Of a stretch of DNA of 64,000 nt, positions 1-8,921 are shown piece by piece; position 1 is the first letter of the stretch, and each line of letters starts with the position of its first letter. The notes beneath the pieces are model-generated. The model was not told where the DNA came from. It ran no database searches and saw only the letters and a program-made list of their open reading frames with translations. The position numbers were made by a program, and so were the translations under genes. Origin of the DNA: an uncultured Spirochaetota bacterium (GTDB taxonomy: Bacteria; Spirochaetota; Spirochaetia; SZUA-6; Fen-1364); the NCBI GenBank assembly GCA_963745235.1, contig CAVUXE010000091.1, positions 1 through 64,000 of the forward strand, read 5' to 3'.

Positions 1-31
1 GGTGCTCCGCCCCCGACCAGTACGTATTGCT

Positions 32-139
32 CCTTATCTTTCGGAACGCTGACAACCGTTCCGCGGGACTTGGCACCTTCCCCTGCAGGGAGGTTGCCGC
101 GACTTCACAGGGCCCGTCCCTCAGTCGCTCTTGATAAGA
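32..139 (-). ncRNA. SAM-I (S-box) riboswitch aptamer
   Basis: Reverse complement reads CTTATCAAGAG..GAGGGACGGGCCCTGTGAA..CGGCAACC..GGTGCCAAGTCC..AAAGATAAG, matching the SAM-I consensus; P1 is CTTATC/GATAAG. The regulated gene lies beyond the left edge. Confidence 0.93.
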
Positions 140-157
140 AATCGTGCGAACACACAG

Positions 158-186
158 AGGCTACTGATTGTATCTGCAAAAGTCAA
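158..186 (-). promoter_or_regulatory. sigma70-type promoter for the SAM riboswitch leader
   Basis: TTGACT-17 nt-TAGCCT on the minus strand, about 20 nt upstream of the aptamer. Confidence 0.7.
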
Positions 187-193
187 CTTGGCT

Positions 194-230
194 CAGCAGT
201 TTGCGCAGCAGTTTTGGCGCAGCAGTTTGA
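194..230. repeat. three short direct repeats (CAGCAGTTT core)
   Basis: cagcagtttg / cgcagcagttttgg / cgcagcagtttga seen directly in the intergenic region. Confidence 0.7.
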
Positions 231-251
231 GCGGCGCCCGCGGTCGATCCC

Positions 252-2279
252 TCAGGCCTCCCGCAAAATGACGACGCCTTTCGCCGGAATCTGGATACTT
301 CCCTTCACGGGCTTCCCCGAGGCAAGCTCCGTGAGCTTCCCGTTCCCGAGACCCGCCGTGACCGGCTTATCCCCGTGGTTCAGGAGGAACAGGAACGACT
401 CGTCGCCTTTCCTCCGACGGGTCGCCTCCACTCCTGGCGGCACATTCGCCACCGGCTGGATTCCCTTCTCATGCGCCAGGGAGCGCACCAGAGTTGACAT
501 GAAGGCCGGCTCAGGGCTGCTTGCCACGTACCATGCCGACCCCTTTTCAAACCTGTTGCGCGTGACTGATGGCGTCCCGGCATAGAAGTCGGACCCGTAG
601 ACCGCAATAGGCTCGGCCATTTCGCAGTGGAGGATGTCACAAAGAATGCCGCACGCGTAGGAGCCTCTCAGGTCGCCGAAGGGGCTTTTCACGTGGATCG
701 AGTTTCCCGCGCCCGGCAGAAGGGCGTCGATCTCCTCTACCCAGATTCCGAGCAGCCTTCGAAGCTCCCCCGGGTACCCGCCCACGGTGACCAGGTCGGT
801 CTCATTCACGATGCCGCTGAAGAAAGTTGTGAGAAAAGTCCCACCGGCGGAAACGAACGACTCCAGCCGTTTTGCGAGCCCCGGCTTCACCATGTAAAGG
901 ACGGGGGCGATGACGATGTCGTAGCGGGAGAGATTGTCCTCAAGGCCCACAACGTCCACGGCGTAGTTCTGCTCCCATAGCGCGGCATGCCACCCCCGTG
1001 CCTGCTCCACGTACTTCAGCGCGATGCTGGGGCCGGAGGACATTTCGATTGCCCACCAGTTCTCCCAGTCGAAAAGGATGCCGACGCGGGCCTCCACCCG
1101 GGAATCGAGAAGCGCGGATCCCAGGGAGGCAAGCTCGGCTCCCAGCGCCGCCACCTCGCGGAACACGCGAGTGTTTTCGTGACCGACATGGTCAATGACG
1201 GCGCTGTGGTACTTCTCCGAGGCCCCGCGGCTGCGGCGAAGCTGGAAGAACATCACCGTGTCAGCCCCCCGGGCCACCGCCTGGAGGCTCATCAGGCGCA
1301 TCACCCCCGGCCGCTTCAGCCCGTTGTAGTCCTGCCAGTTCGTCTGGCTGGGGGTCTGCTCCATGAGCATGAAAGGCGCTCCCGCCTTCAGGCCGCGCAT
1401 GAGGTCATGGCGGAAAGCCACCTCCGAAGTCGGTGTGTCGAGGGCCGGGTAGTTGTCCCAGGAGACGATGTCCATCTCCTTCGCCCACCGGAAATAGTCC
1501 AGCTCCTTGTAGGCGCCCATCAGGTTCGTGGTGATCTTTATGCCGGGGGTGACCGCACGCAGCACATCGCGCTCCGCGCGGTAGCAATCGAGAAGGCTCT
1601 GGGAGGCAAAGCGATAATAGTCCAGCGTGATGCCCTGGAACGCCGTGTGGGTTTCATCAGTGTGCTCGCTCAGGATGTTGGGGACGACGACCTGGTCCCA
1701 GTCTGTGAACGTGTGGCCCCAGAACGCCGTCCACCATGCCGCGTTCAGCGCGTCAAGCGTTCCATAGCGCTGCCGGAGCCATGCGCGGAAGGCCTTCTCG
1801 CAGTTCTCGCAGTAGCAGCGGCCGCCGTATTCGTTGCTCACGTGCCATGCAACGAGCGCGGGGTGGGACGCGTAGCGCTCGGCGAGCTTGCGCGCGAGCT
1901 GCGTTGAAAGCCGGCGGAAGACCGGGCTGTTCGGGCAGGCGTTGTGGCGATGGCCGTATTTCCTGCGACGACCATCGAATGTCGTGCGCAGAACCTCGGG
2001 GTATTTCGTTGCCAGCCAGGGCGGGACCGCACCGGTGGAGGTGACGATGCATGCGAAGATCCCGTTCTTCGACAGGAGGTCCAGCGCCCTGTCCAGCCAG
2101 GCGAAATCCCACGTGTCTTCATCCGGCTGCAGCTTTGCCCAGGAGAAGTCGGGGATCGTCGCCACGTTGATCCCCGCCTTCCTGAACAGGCGCATATCCT
2201 CCTGCCAGATCTGCTCCGGCCATTGATCCGGGTTGTAATCGCCGCCGTACCAGATCCGGGGAAGCTTTTCGTTGATCAT
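252..2279 (-). CDS. beta-galactosidase, glycoside hydrolase family 42
   Basis: YGGDYNPDQW start, HVSNEY acid/base, Cys cluster CYCENC, LMEQTPS nucleophile, C-terminal trimerisation region. Confidence 0.93.
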   Translation of the reverse strand: MINEKLPRIWYGGDYNPDQWPEQIWQEDMRLFRKAGINVATIPDFSWAKLQPDEDTWDFAWLDRALDLLSKNGIFACIVTSTGAVPPWLATKYPEVLRTTFDGRRRKYGHRHNACPNSPVFRRLSTQLARKLAERYASHPALVAWHVSNEYGGRCYCENCEKAFRAWLRQRYGTLDALNAAWWTAFWGHTFTDWDQVVVPNILSEHTDETHTAFQGITLDYYRFASQSLLDCYRAERDVLRAVTPGIKITTNLMGAYKELDYFRWAKEMDIVSWDNYPALDTPTSEVAFRHDLMRGLKAGAPFMLMEQTPSQTNWQDYNGLKRPGVMRLMSLQAVARGADTVMFFQLRRSRGASEKYHSAVIDHVGHENTRVFREVAALGAELASLGSALLDSRVEARVGILFDWENWWAIEMSSGPSIALKYVEQARGWHAALWEQNYAVDVVGLEDNLSRYDIVIAPVLYMVKPGLAKRLESFVSAGGTFLTTFFSGIVNETDLVTVGGYPGELRRLLGIWVEEIDALLPGAGNSIHVKSPFGDLRGSYACGILCDILHCEMAEPIAVYGSDFYAGTPSVTRNRFEKGSAWYVASSPEPAFMSTLVRSLAHEKGIQPVANVPPGVEATRRRKGDESFLFLLNHGDKPVTAGLGNGKLTELASGKPVKGSIQIPAKGVVILREA

Positions 2280-2375
2280 GCGACATCGTTGCGGAGGCAG
2301 CCTTCCCTGTCAAGAAACCAGCGCCTTCCGCCCCCCCGCTTTGCCAATCCCCGCTGGCGTGGTAGCTTGAAACCG

Positions 2376-4116
2376 GTGAAGAGCAAGCTGCCGCTTGTCG
2401 CCTGCCTGATCGTCTCGATGGCCGCGCTGGCAGGGCGCCAGCGCGGGGTCCGTCGGGCAGGAGCAGGCCTCTTTCTCCTGGCGCTTTGCAACCGGCGGGC
2501 AGATACGAAGCAGGCCCGCCGTTGCCCCTGACGGCACAATCTATGCGATCTCCGAGGACGGCTATCTCTACGCCCTCTCTCCCGGCGGGGAGCTCGCATG
2601 GAAATGCGACCTGGGCTGGCTCCCCTGGGACTGCCTGGCCGTGGGCGCCGACGGGATGATCTACGTCGGCCTCAAGAATCGTGATCTCGTGGCAGTCAGC
2701 CCCCGCGGCGCAGTGGTCTGGCGCACCAGGTTTGACGGCCTCTTTGTCGGTGATCCCCTCATTGCCCCGGATGGCACCGTGTACGTCAGCATCTCCCCCG
2801 CTACAGTTGTCTCCCTGTCGCAGGTGGGACGCCAGCAATGGAGCATCACGCTTCCCGGCTCACTTCTCGCTGCACCCGTCATGGACGGAGTGGGAACGAT
2901 CTATCTCGTTGCCTCGGATCGAAGGCTGTACGCCCTCACGCAGTGGGGCGAGTTCAAGTGGTCGCTTCCCCTTCATGCCTCCCCCACCTCGCCGGCAATC
3001 GCCGCAGACGGCACCGTGCTGGTGGGAACGGGTGACGGCCAGGTCATGGCCGTCAGCCCCGACGGTGATATGATGTGGCACCGTGCAATTGGCGCCCCGG
3101 TCGCCGGGGTCTCCGTAGGCGCGGACCAGATCATTGCGGCAGCATCGGACGGTCTTCTCCTGGGACTGTCCGCCGAGGGCAGGGAGCTCTGGAGAGAGAG
3201 CACGATGGCAAGGCTGGATTCGCCTCCGCTGCTGCGAGGATCAAGCCTCCTTGCGCTTGCCCAGGACGGGACGCTTGTCATGCTCCACCTTCCCGCAAGG
3301 ACCGTTGAGCGCCTCTCTATCGGGACGCCGGGCGCGGCCGTCCTGGCTCGAGACGGCGCGCTGTATGTCGGCGGGCGTGACTGGGTCCTGTACGCCCTTC
3401 CCCGCCCGGCGGGGGCCGTGAGGGTCACCGGCTCCTGGCCGCAGCCGGGGCATGATGAGCAGCACTCGGGGCGCACCCCGTCAGCGCCGAAAGGCGGCAT
3501 CGAGGCCGCGCTGAACGCAAGCTCTGACTATCTGTACCTCCAGACACTTGCCGGCTCCGGCAGCCACGAGCAGGACCTTCTCTTTCTTGCCGATGTGCGC
3601 TCGCGCATTTCGCAGGGCACGCTGGGCAAAAGCACATGGTACGTGGTTCGGCTCCTGGAGCAGCTTGCCGGCACTGGCCTCATCAGCCCGGTCTACCAGA
3701 ACCAGAAAGTGATCAACGACTTCCCCGACCTGCGCGCCGAAGCAGCCGAGCTGCTCGGCATGGTCGGGTCCGCGGGGTCCCGCTGGGCCCTGATACGCGT
3801 CCTGGGCGCGGAATCCGACAGCCTCGCCCTGTCCGTCGAAATCAAGGCTCTCGGGGCCCTTTCCGTAGACGCGGACGGCGCCTCCGTGAGGGCCATTACA
3901 GCCGCCTTCGCGCGGGCTGAAGGTCTTCCGCCGGACAATCGCCTGGCTGCAGCCGCCGTGGGCGCGTTGGACGGCATTGCGGCCTTCATGAACGCCATGA
4001 GCCCGGCCGCTGCCGAGACCCTGCTTTCGATCTCCCGCGGCGCGTATTTCGAAGAGATTCGGATGGCCGCGCTGGCCTCGCTGCAGAAGGATCGAAGCCG
4101 CCCGCAGGCGCGGTGA
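2376..4116 (+). CDS. secreted PQQ-like beta-propeller repeat protein with C-terminal HEAT-like helical region (one frameshift near 2435-2460)
   Basis: Repeats of the type P.VAPDGT.Y....DG.LYAL...G...W. Signal-peptide-like MKSKLPLVACLIVSMAALAG from GTG 2376 is in a different frame from ORF 2641..4116. Confidence 0.75.
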
Positions 4117-4172
4117 TTCCTTGCGTTCCACGCTTTCAATGACTACCCTTATCTGTGTGAAGGGGGAGAGCC

Positions 4173-5789
4173 ATGAAAAAAGGAGTCTTCACGCTCCTCA
4201 CTCTGTTTGCCGCGACCCTCGCATTCGGCCTCCAGGTGGACAAGGATGAGCTCAACAAGGGCCAGGGCACCAACATCGTTTTCGTCAACTACGTGGGCCC
4301 GCACACCACCATTGATACCCTGGAGCAGATCCTGGGGATTGGCCAATCCCTGGGCCGGGGCCTGGGAGACAAGCCTGCCGAGCTTTCGTACAACGGCAAG
4401 TACCGGCTGATTCACGCCGTGGGGGCTCCCGAGGGCCAGAAGCTGGACGCTGACATCTTCATCATCGAAGCAGGCGCGGAGGTGGATGACGTCCTGAACA
4501 TCATGCGCATGGTGAGCGGATACCTGCAGGCCGCATATGCCTATTCGCCGGCGGACGCAATGGTGCTTGCGCGGTTCGTCGTGTACTACAACGCCGTCTT
4601 CCGAGGAGACATGAAATATTTCGGGGGGGTCTACAAGACCATCGTCATGAACAACGTCTCGGCGGACAACGCTGGAATCGCCACAACGTACTCGGATTGG
4701 CCGGGAAAGACCCGGATGCTGATTCCCCTCCTGGGCACCGAAAAGGGAAATCTCAACGCCGTGGGCGCGGGGCAGCTCACCAGCCCCCGGGTCGTTCAGA
4801 ACCTCCAGCAGCAGCCGGGCAAGGCGCTTCCCGAGCGCAAGCAGATCACGGAGCTCCAGCAAAGGGGTGTGGAGCAGGGACAGCAGAAGCTGGAGCAGCA
4901 GCAGGCCCAGCTGGAGCAGCAGAAGAAGGAGCTGGGCACACAGCAGCAGCAGCTTGAGAAGTCGAAGCAGGAGGCAGCGCAGGCGCAGGCCGCGGCGGCC
5001 GCCCCGGGAGCCACGGAGCAGCAGAAGCAGGCTGCCGCCCAGCAGCAGGCCCAGGTCCAGCAGCAGGAGCAGGCGGTTCAGTCCCAGCAGCAGAAAGTGC
5101 AGCAGCAGGAGCAGGCGGTCTCGCAGCAACAGCAGCAGCAGGCTGCGAGCCAGCAGTCCGTCCAGCAACAGAGGGCCGGCATTGCGGCGGACCAGCAGGC
5201 GCTCATCCAGCAGAAGCAGCAGCAGGCTGCCGCCCCTGCGCAGCCCGCGGCGCAAGCGGCGCCTCCGGCCTCGGTGCAGGCGCCGGGCCAGGTCTTGTTT
5301 GTCTATGACCTGGGGGAAGCTCCGGATCACCTGGGAAAGCTCGTCCTGATTGACAGGGTTTCCGGAAAGCTTCTTGCACAGTCAGACCTGAACTCCGTGC
5401 GGGGAAGGACCTACGTGACCGTTGGAAAGGTGATCGTGGTTGCCGCGGGCCGAACGGACCGCAACGGGGCAGTGAAGCTGGTGGCGGTGGACCCTGCAAG
5501 CCTGGCGGTGCAGCAGCAGGGCAAAGACAACCTTGTGCCTGCCAGCTACCTTGCGGCCGCGGAGGGCTCCGTCTACGCGGTTCTCGATTCCGGACACGGG
5601 GCCTTCCTGGGCAGATTCGACCAGGCACTCGCCCTGCAGGCGCAGTCGGAGCGCGCGGTCGACCCATATACCTACATTACGGTCTCAGGGACGGAGGTGT
5701 TCGTCCAGGATGATCAAGGCAACATCCTGATCCTGAACAAGGACGACTTGAAGGAGAAAAAGAGAGCGGCGGGCCAGCCGCCGACATGA
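4173..5789 (+). CDS. P83/100-family spirochaete protein with Gln-rich coiled-coil linker
   Basis: Signal peptide; VDKDEL..IVFVNYVGPH..IDT..QI.GIG and YYNAVFRGD..WPGKT motifs resemble the Borrelia/Treponema P83/100 N-terminal domain. Confidence 0.8.
   Translation: MKKGVFTLLTLFAATLAFGLQVDKDELNKGQGTNIVFVNYVGPHTTIDTLEQILGIGQSLGRGLGDKPAELSYNGKYRLIHAVGAPEGQKLDADIFIIEAGAEVDDVLNIMRMVSGYLQAAYAYSPADAMVLARFVVYYNAVFRGDMKYFGGVYKTIVMNNVSADNAGIATTYSDWPGKTRMLIPLLGTEKGNLNAVGAGQLTSPRVVQNLQQQPGKALPERKQITELQQRGVEQGQQKLEQQQAQLEQQKKELGTQQQQLEKSKQEAAQAQAAAAAPGATEQQKQAAAQQQAQVQQQEQAVQSQQQKVQQQEQAVSQQQQQQAASQQSVQQQRAGIAADQQALIQQKQQQAAAPAQPAAQAAPPASVQAPGQVLFVYDLGEAPDHLGKLVLIDRVSGKLLAQSDLNSVRGRTYVTVGKVIVVAAGRTDRNGAVKLVAVDPASLAVQQQGKDNLVPASYLAAAEGSVYAVLDSGHGAFLGRFDQALALQAQSERAVDPYTYITVSGTEVFVQDDQGNILILNKDDLKEKKRAAGQPPT
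4850..5230 (+). repeat. CAG-rich low-complexity tract encoding poly-Gln coiled coil
   Basis: Repeated cagcagcag/gagcagcag runs in frame with ORF 4173..5789. Confidence 0.85.
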
Positions 5790-5808
5790 GAGGGAACGCC
5801 GCGTCCGT

Positions 5809-7371
5809 CTACTCGCGAGCAAGCGCCAGAAGGTCCACCCGTTCGTCTGCGAGCTGGGCCGGGGAGAGGGGCACCTTCCTGGCCATCATCCACTTGACCG
5901 CGGTGAGCTCTGTCGGCATCCCCAAAGAAGCCGCGGCCAGGAGCGTCCCGGCGCCGTAGTATCCGGCAAGGAACTTCCCATTCTCCACGTCGCCCCTGTA
6001 AGCGATCTGATCCCATTCGCGGGCGAAACCCACGTATTTCAGGCTGACCCCCGTCTGCCGGGTCCAGAAGAACGCGGGCTCTTCGTACGGCGCCTCGGAG
6101 CCGAGCATGGCCCGAGCGGCGTGCTGCCCGTGCCGCTCGGCGACGACCCAGTGCTCCGTGCGGATGCCGGAGAGACCGTCCGGCAGAACCGCAATATCCC
6201 CGGCCGCGAAGAGGTCCGCGTACTTTGTTCGAAGCTGCGAGCTCACGGGGACGGCGCCATTCGAAGCGATGTCGGTGCCCTGGAGGTAGTCCACAACGGG
6301 CTGAACGCCGATGCCGGAGACAATGAAATCCGCCTCCAGGCACCTGCCGTCGGACAGGTCGATTGTTTTCGCCCCTTTCTTTCCCGCAATGCTGGAGACC
6401 GTTACCCCAAGAAAGAAAGAGACGCCCTCCGTCTCATGTCTTTTCAGCAGGTACGCGGCAACCTTGTCCCCGAGGATCCTCGCGAAGGGGAGTTTTTCCG
6501 GGGATACGACGGTGACCTCGATGCCTCGTTTTCGCAAAGCGCTGGCGAGCTCCATGCCAATGAATCCCGCCCCAATGAGAGCCGCCTTTTTTGCGGAGCC
6601 GGCCGCCTCAGCGATCTCACGCGCATCAGCGAAGCTTCGAAGCTGGTAGCAGCCCTCGCCGTCAGCCCCGGGAGCGGGAAGCTTGCGCGGCGCGCTCCCG
6701 GTGGCAAGCAGCGCTTTGTCGTAGGACATGCTCTGGCCGGTGGAAAAGGTCACCACCTTCTTTCGAGGGTCGATTGCGGTGACCGCGGTTTCCGTGAGGA
6801 CCTCGATCTTCTGGTTGGCATAGAACCTGGCGCTCCGCAGAGGCATCCACTCGGGCTTTGCTTCCCCTGACATGAACTCTTTTGAAAGATTGGGCCGGTC
6901 GTAAGGAAGGTCTGCCTCTCTTGTGACAATGACGATGCGGCCCGCAAACCCTTCCCTGCGAAGAGCCTCCGCCGCCGCGTTCCCCGCCGCCCCTCCTCCG
7001 ACTATGAGGAAAGTGCGCGGATCCGATCCTTCCGGTTTTGGGAACCTGGCCTTTTCAACAGGCCCGAGCAGGACGTCCCCGTCGGCTACGCGCACCGGGT
7101 AAACGGGCAGGTCATTCAGGGGGGGCGCGGAAAGCACTTTTCCTGTCCTGATGTCGAACCGGCCATCATGGCACCGGCAGGTCATGATGTGTCCAATCAA
7201 AGCGCCGTCGTTCATCGGGCACTCGTAGTGGGTGCACTTGTTGCCCACGGCGTGAATGGCGCCGTCCAGGAGAACGACGCATACATCGTCCTCCCCCGCC
7301 TTTACCTTTGCGGGGACCCCTTCCTTGAGATCAGACTGCCGACAAACCTTTTGCCATTCTGGCTCGCTCAT
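5809..7371 (-). CDS. Rieske [2Fe-2S] domain fused to FAD-dependent pyridine nucleotide-disulphide oxidoreductase
   Basis: CTHYEC...CRCHDG Rieske ligands; GGGAAG and GAGFIG Rossmann motifs; AAGD. Confidence 0.88.
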   Translation of the reverse strand: MSEPEWQKVCRQSDLKEGVPAKVKAGEDDVCVVLLDGAIHAVGNKCTHYECPMNDGALIGHIMTCRCHDGRFDIRTGKVLSAPPLNDLPVYPVRVADGDVLLGPVEKARFPKPEGSDPRTFLIVGGGAAGNAAAEALRREGFAGRIVIVTREADLPYDRPNLSKEFMSGEAKPEWMPLRSARFYANQKIEVLTETAVTAIDPRKKVVTFSTGQSMSYDKALLATGSAPRKLPAPGADGEGCYQLRSFADAREIAEAAGSAKKAALIGAGFIGMELASALRKRGIEVTVVSPEKLPFARILGDKVAAYLLKRHETEGVSFFLGVTVSSIAGKKGAKTIDLSDGRCLEADFIVSGIGVQPVVDYLQGTDIASNGAVPVSSQLRTKYADLFAAGDIAVLPDGLSGIRTEHWVVAERHGQHAARAMLGSEAPYEEPAFFWTRQTGVSLKYVGFAREWDQIAYRGDVENGKFLAGYYGAGTLLAAASLGMPTELTAVKWMMARKVPLSPAQLADERVDLLALARE

Positions 7372-7380
7372 GCTGCCGCC

Positions 7381-7812
7381 CTACTTCTTCAGCCTGGCGC
7401 TCAAAGTCATTTTTACGCTGGCAAGCGCCTTGGAGACCGGGCAGCCCGCCTTCGTCTCTTCCGCGAGCTTCTGGAATGTCGCATCATCTATCCCGTCAAC
7501 GGATGCCTCGGTTGAGATCTCTATTCCCGTGATTGCGAAACCGTCCCCCTGCTTCTCGATGCGGACCGAGTTCTCCGTCCGGACGGAGTTCACCTTGTAG
7601 CCTTTTCCTGAAAGCCCCCCGGAAAGCGCCATGGAATAGCAGGCGGCGTGCGCGGCCGCGAGCAATTCCTCTGGGTTTGTCCCCTTGCCCGACTCGAAGC
7701 GGGATGCGAAGCTGTAGGGCAACCCCTTCAGGGCGCCGGACTCCGTGCCGAGCGTCCCGCTTCCCTTCATCAGATCCCCGCGCCATTCTCCCTGACCCTT
7801 GCGAACCGGCAT
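7381..7812 (-). CDS. osmC: OsmC-family peroxiredoxin
   Basis: YSFASRFE..GTNPEELLAAAHAACYSMAL and CPVSKAL; ATG 7812 preceded by GGAG. Confidence 0.92.
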   Translation of the reverse strand: MPVRKGQGEWRGDLMKGSGTLGTESGALKGLPYSFASRFESGKGTNPEELLAAAHAACYSMALSGGLSGKGYKVNSVRTENSVRIEKQGDGFAITGIEISTEASVDGIDDATFQKLAEETKAGCPVSKALASVKMTLSARLKK

Positions 7813-7870
7813 GATATTCTCTCCTTTCCCTTCCAAAGATAGCTCTTTGGCGGGCACCGGGAAAGAATGC

Positions 7871-8917
7871 TCACCCGCGGAGGTCAGGGTTCAGAGAGTC
7901 CTTCAGCTTCTGCATGAGCTCGTCTTCGCTCATCTCGTGTTTGTTGATGAACTGCACGGTCCCGATCTGCAGCTTCATCCCCTCGGACAGCTCGACGGGC
8001 TGGAGGTTGACCACCATGATGGCCTTGTTCTCGCTGGAGGCGAGGTTGATCTCGTTCCTCACGTTGCGGGACTCCATGGCCTGCGGGCTCAGGAACACCA
8101 CGAAGAGCTGGCAGCCGGTCAGCGCCCTGCCGACCTCTTCCGGCCACTCGTTGCCGGGCTCTATCCCTTCGTCGTACCAGACCCGATAGCGGGAGTCAGC
8201 CAGCTTCTTGATGACGCCGAAAACCTCGCGCATGTTCTTGTGGGAGTAGCTGGCAAAGAGATACGGCTTTGAGCCGCTGTATGCCTCGATGGGAGGCTTG
8301 ACGGCCGGCGCCAGGCGCGATGCGAGGCGGCGAAGCGAGAAGCCGCGCCGGGAGACGGCGGCGGAGGGCGCCTTGGGAAACCGTGGGGCCGCGGGTGCAG
8401 CGGCCTTGCGCTTCTTTCGAGCGGGAGCCTTCCGTCGAACGGGCGCCCTGCGCCGGGCGGGCCCCTTGCGGCGAACGGCGGTCTTCCGGCGGGCGGGCGC
8501 TTTGCGGCGGCCCGCGCTCTTGCGTCGGGCAGTGGTCTTGCGGCGAGCCACGGGGCGGCGACGTGCGGTTGCCTTTCGCCGGGTAGCCTTCCTTGCCTTT
8601 CGCCGCGCCGGCTTCCTTGCCCTTCGTTTTGCGGGCTTCCGTGCTCTTCCTCTGGCGGGCTTCTTCGCTTTTCGCCGCGCGGGCTTCTTCGCGCCCCGGC
8701 GGGCCGGTCGCTTCGCCGCGCGCCTGGCGGTCTTCCGGGGGCGCCGCGTCTTGCTTCGCTTCACCGCCCGCCGGGCGGTCTTCCGTGCCGGTCGCGCGCG
8801 CTTTCGCCGCGCTTTTGTCCGCTTTGCCGCGGAAGCCCGCTTCGTCGTGCCCCTGCCGGTCCCCTTGCGCCGGGAGGCAGTCTTCTTTTTCTTCTGTTTC
8901 TTCCGTGTGGTCGCCAT
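7871..8917 (-). CDS. TIR-domain protein with N-terminal Lys/Arg-rich histone-H1-like tail
   Basis: C-terminal ~140 aa PYLFASYSH..VWYDEGIEPG.EW..FLSP..S.NVRNEI is a bacterial TIR with the putative catalytic Glu; the first ~207 aa are K/R/A/P/T repeats with no acidic residue. Confidence 0.88.
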   Translation of the reverse strand: MATTRKKQKKKKTASRRKGTGRGTTKRASAAKRTKARRKRARPARKTARRAVKRSKTRRPRKTARRAAKRPARRGAKKPARRKAKKPARGRARKPAKRRARKPARRKARKATRRKATARRRPVARRKTTARRKSAGRRKAPARRKTAVRRKGPARRRAPVRRKAPARKKRKAAAPAAPRFPKAPSAAVSRRGFSLRRLASRLAPAVKPPIEAYSGSKPYLFASYSHKNMREVFGVIKKLADSRYRVWYDEGIEPGNEWPEEVGRALTGCQLFVVFLSPQAMESRNVRNEINLASSENKAIMVVNLQPVELSEGMKLQIGTVQFINKHEMSEDELMQKLKDSLNPDLRG

Positions 8918-8921
8918 TTCC

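Noticed and set aside
4149-5330. 393-aa Leu-rich minus-strand ORF
   Set aside because: Antisense shadow of the CAG-rich poly-Gln gene.
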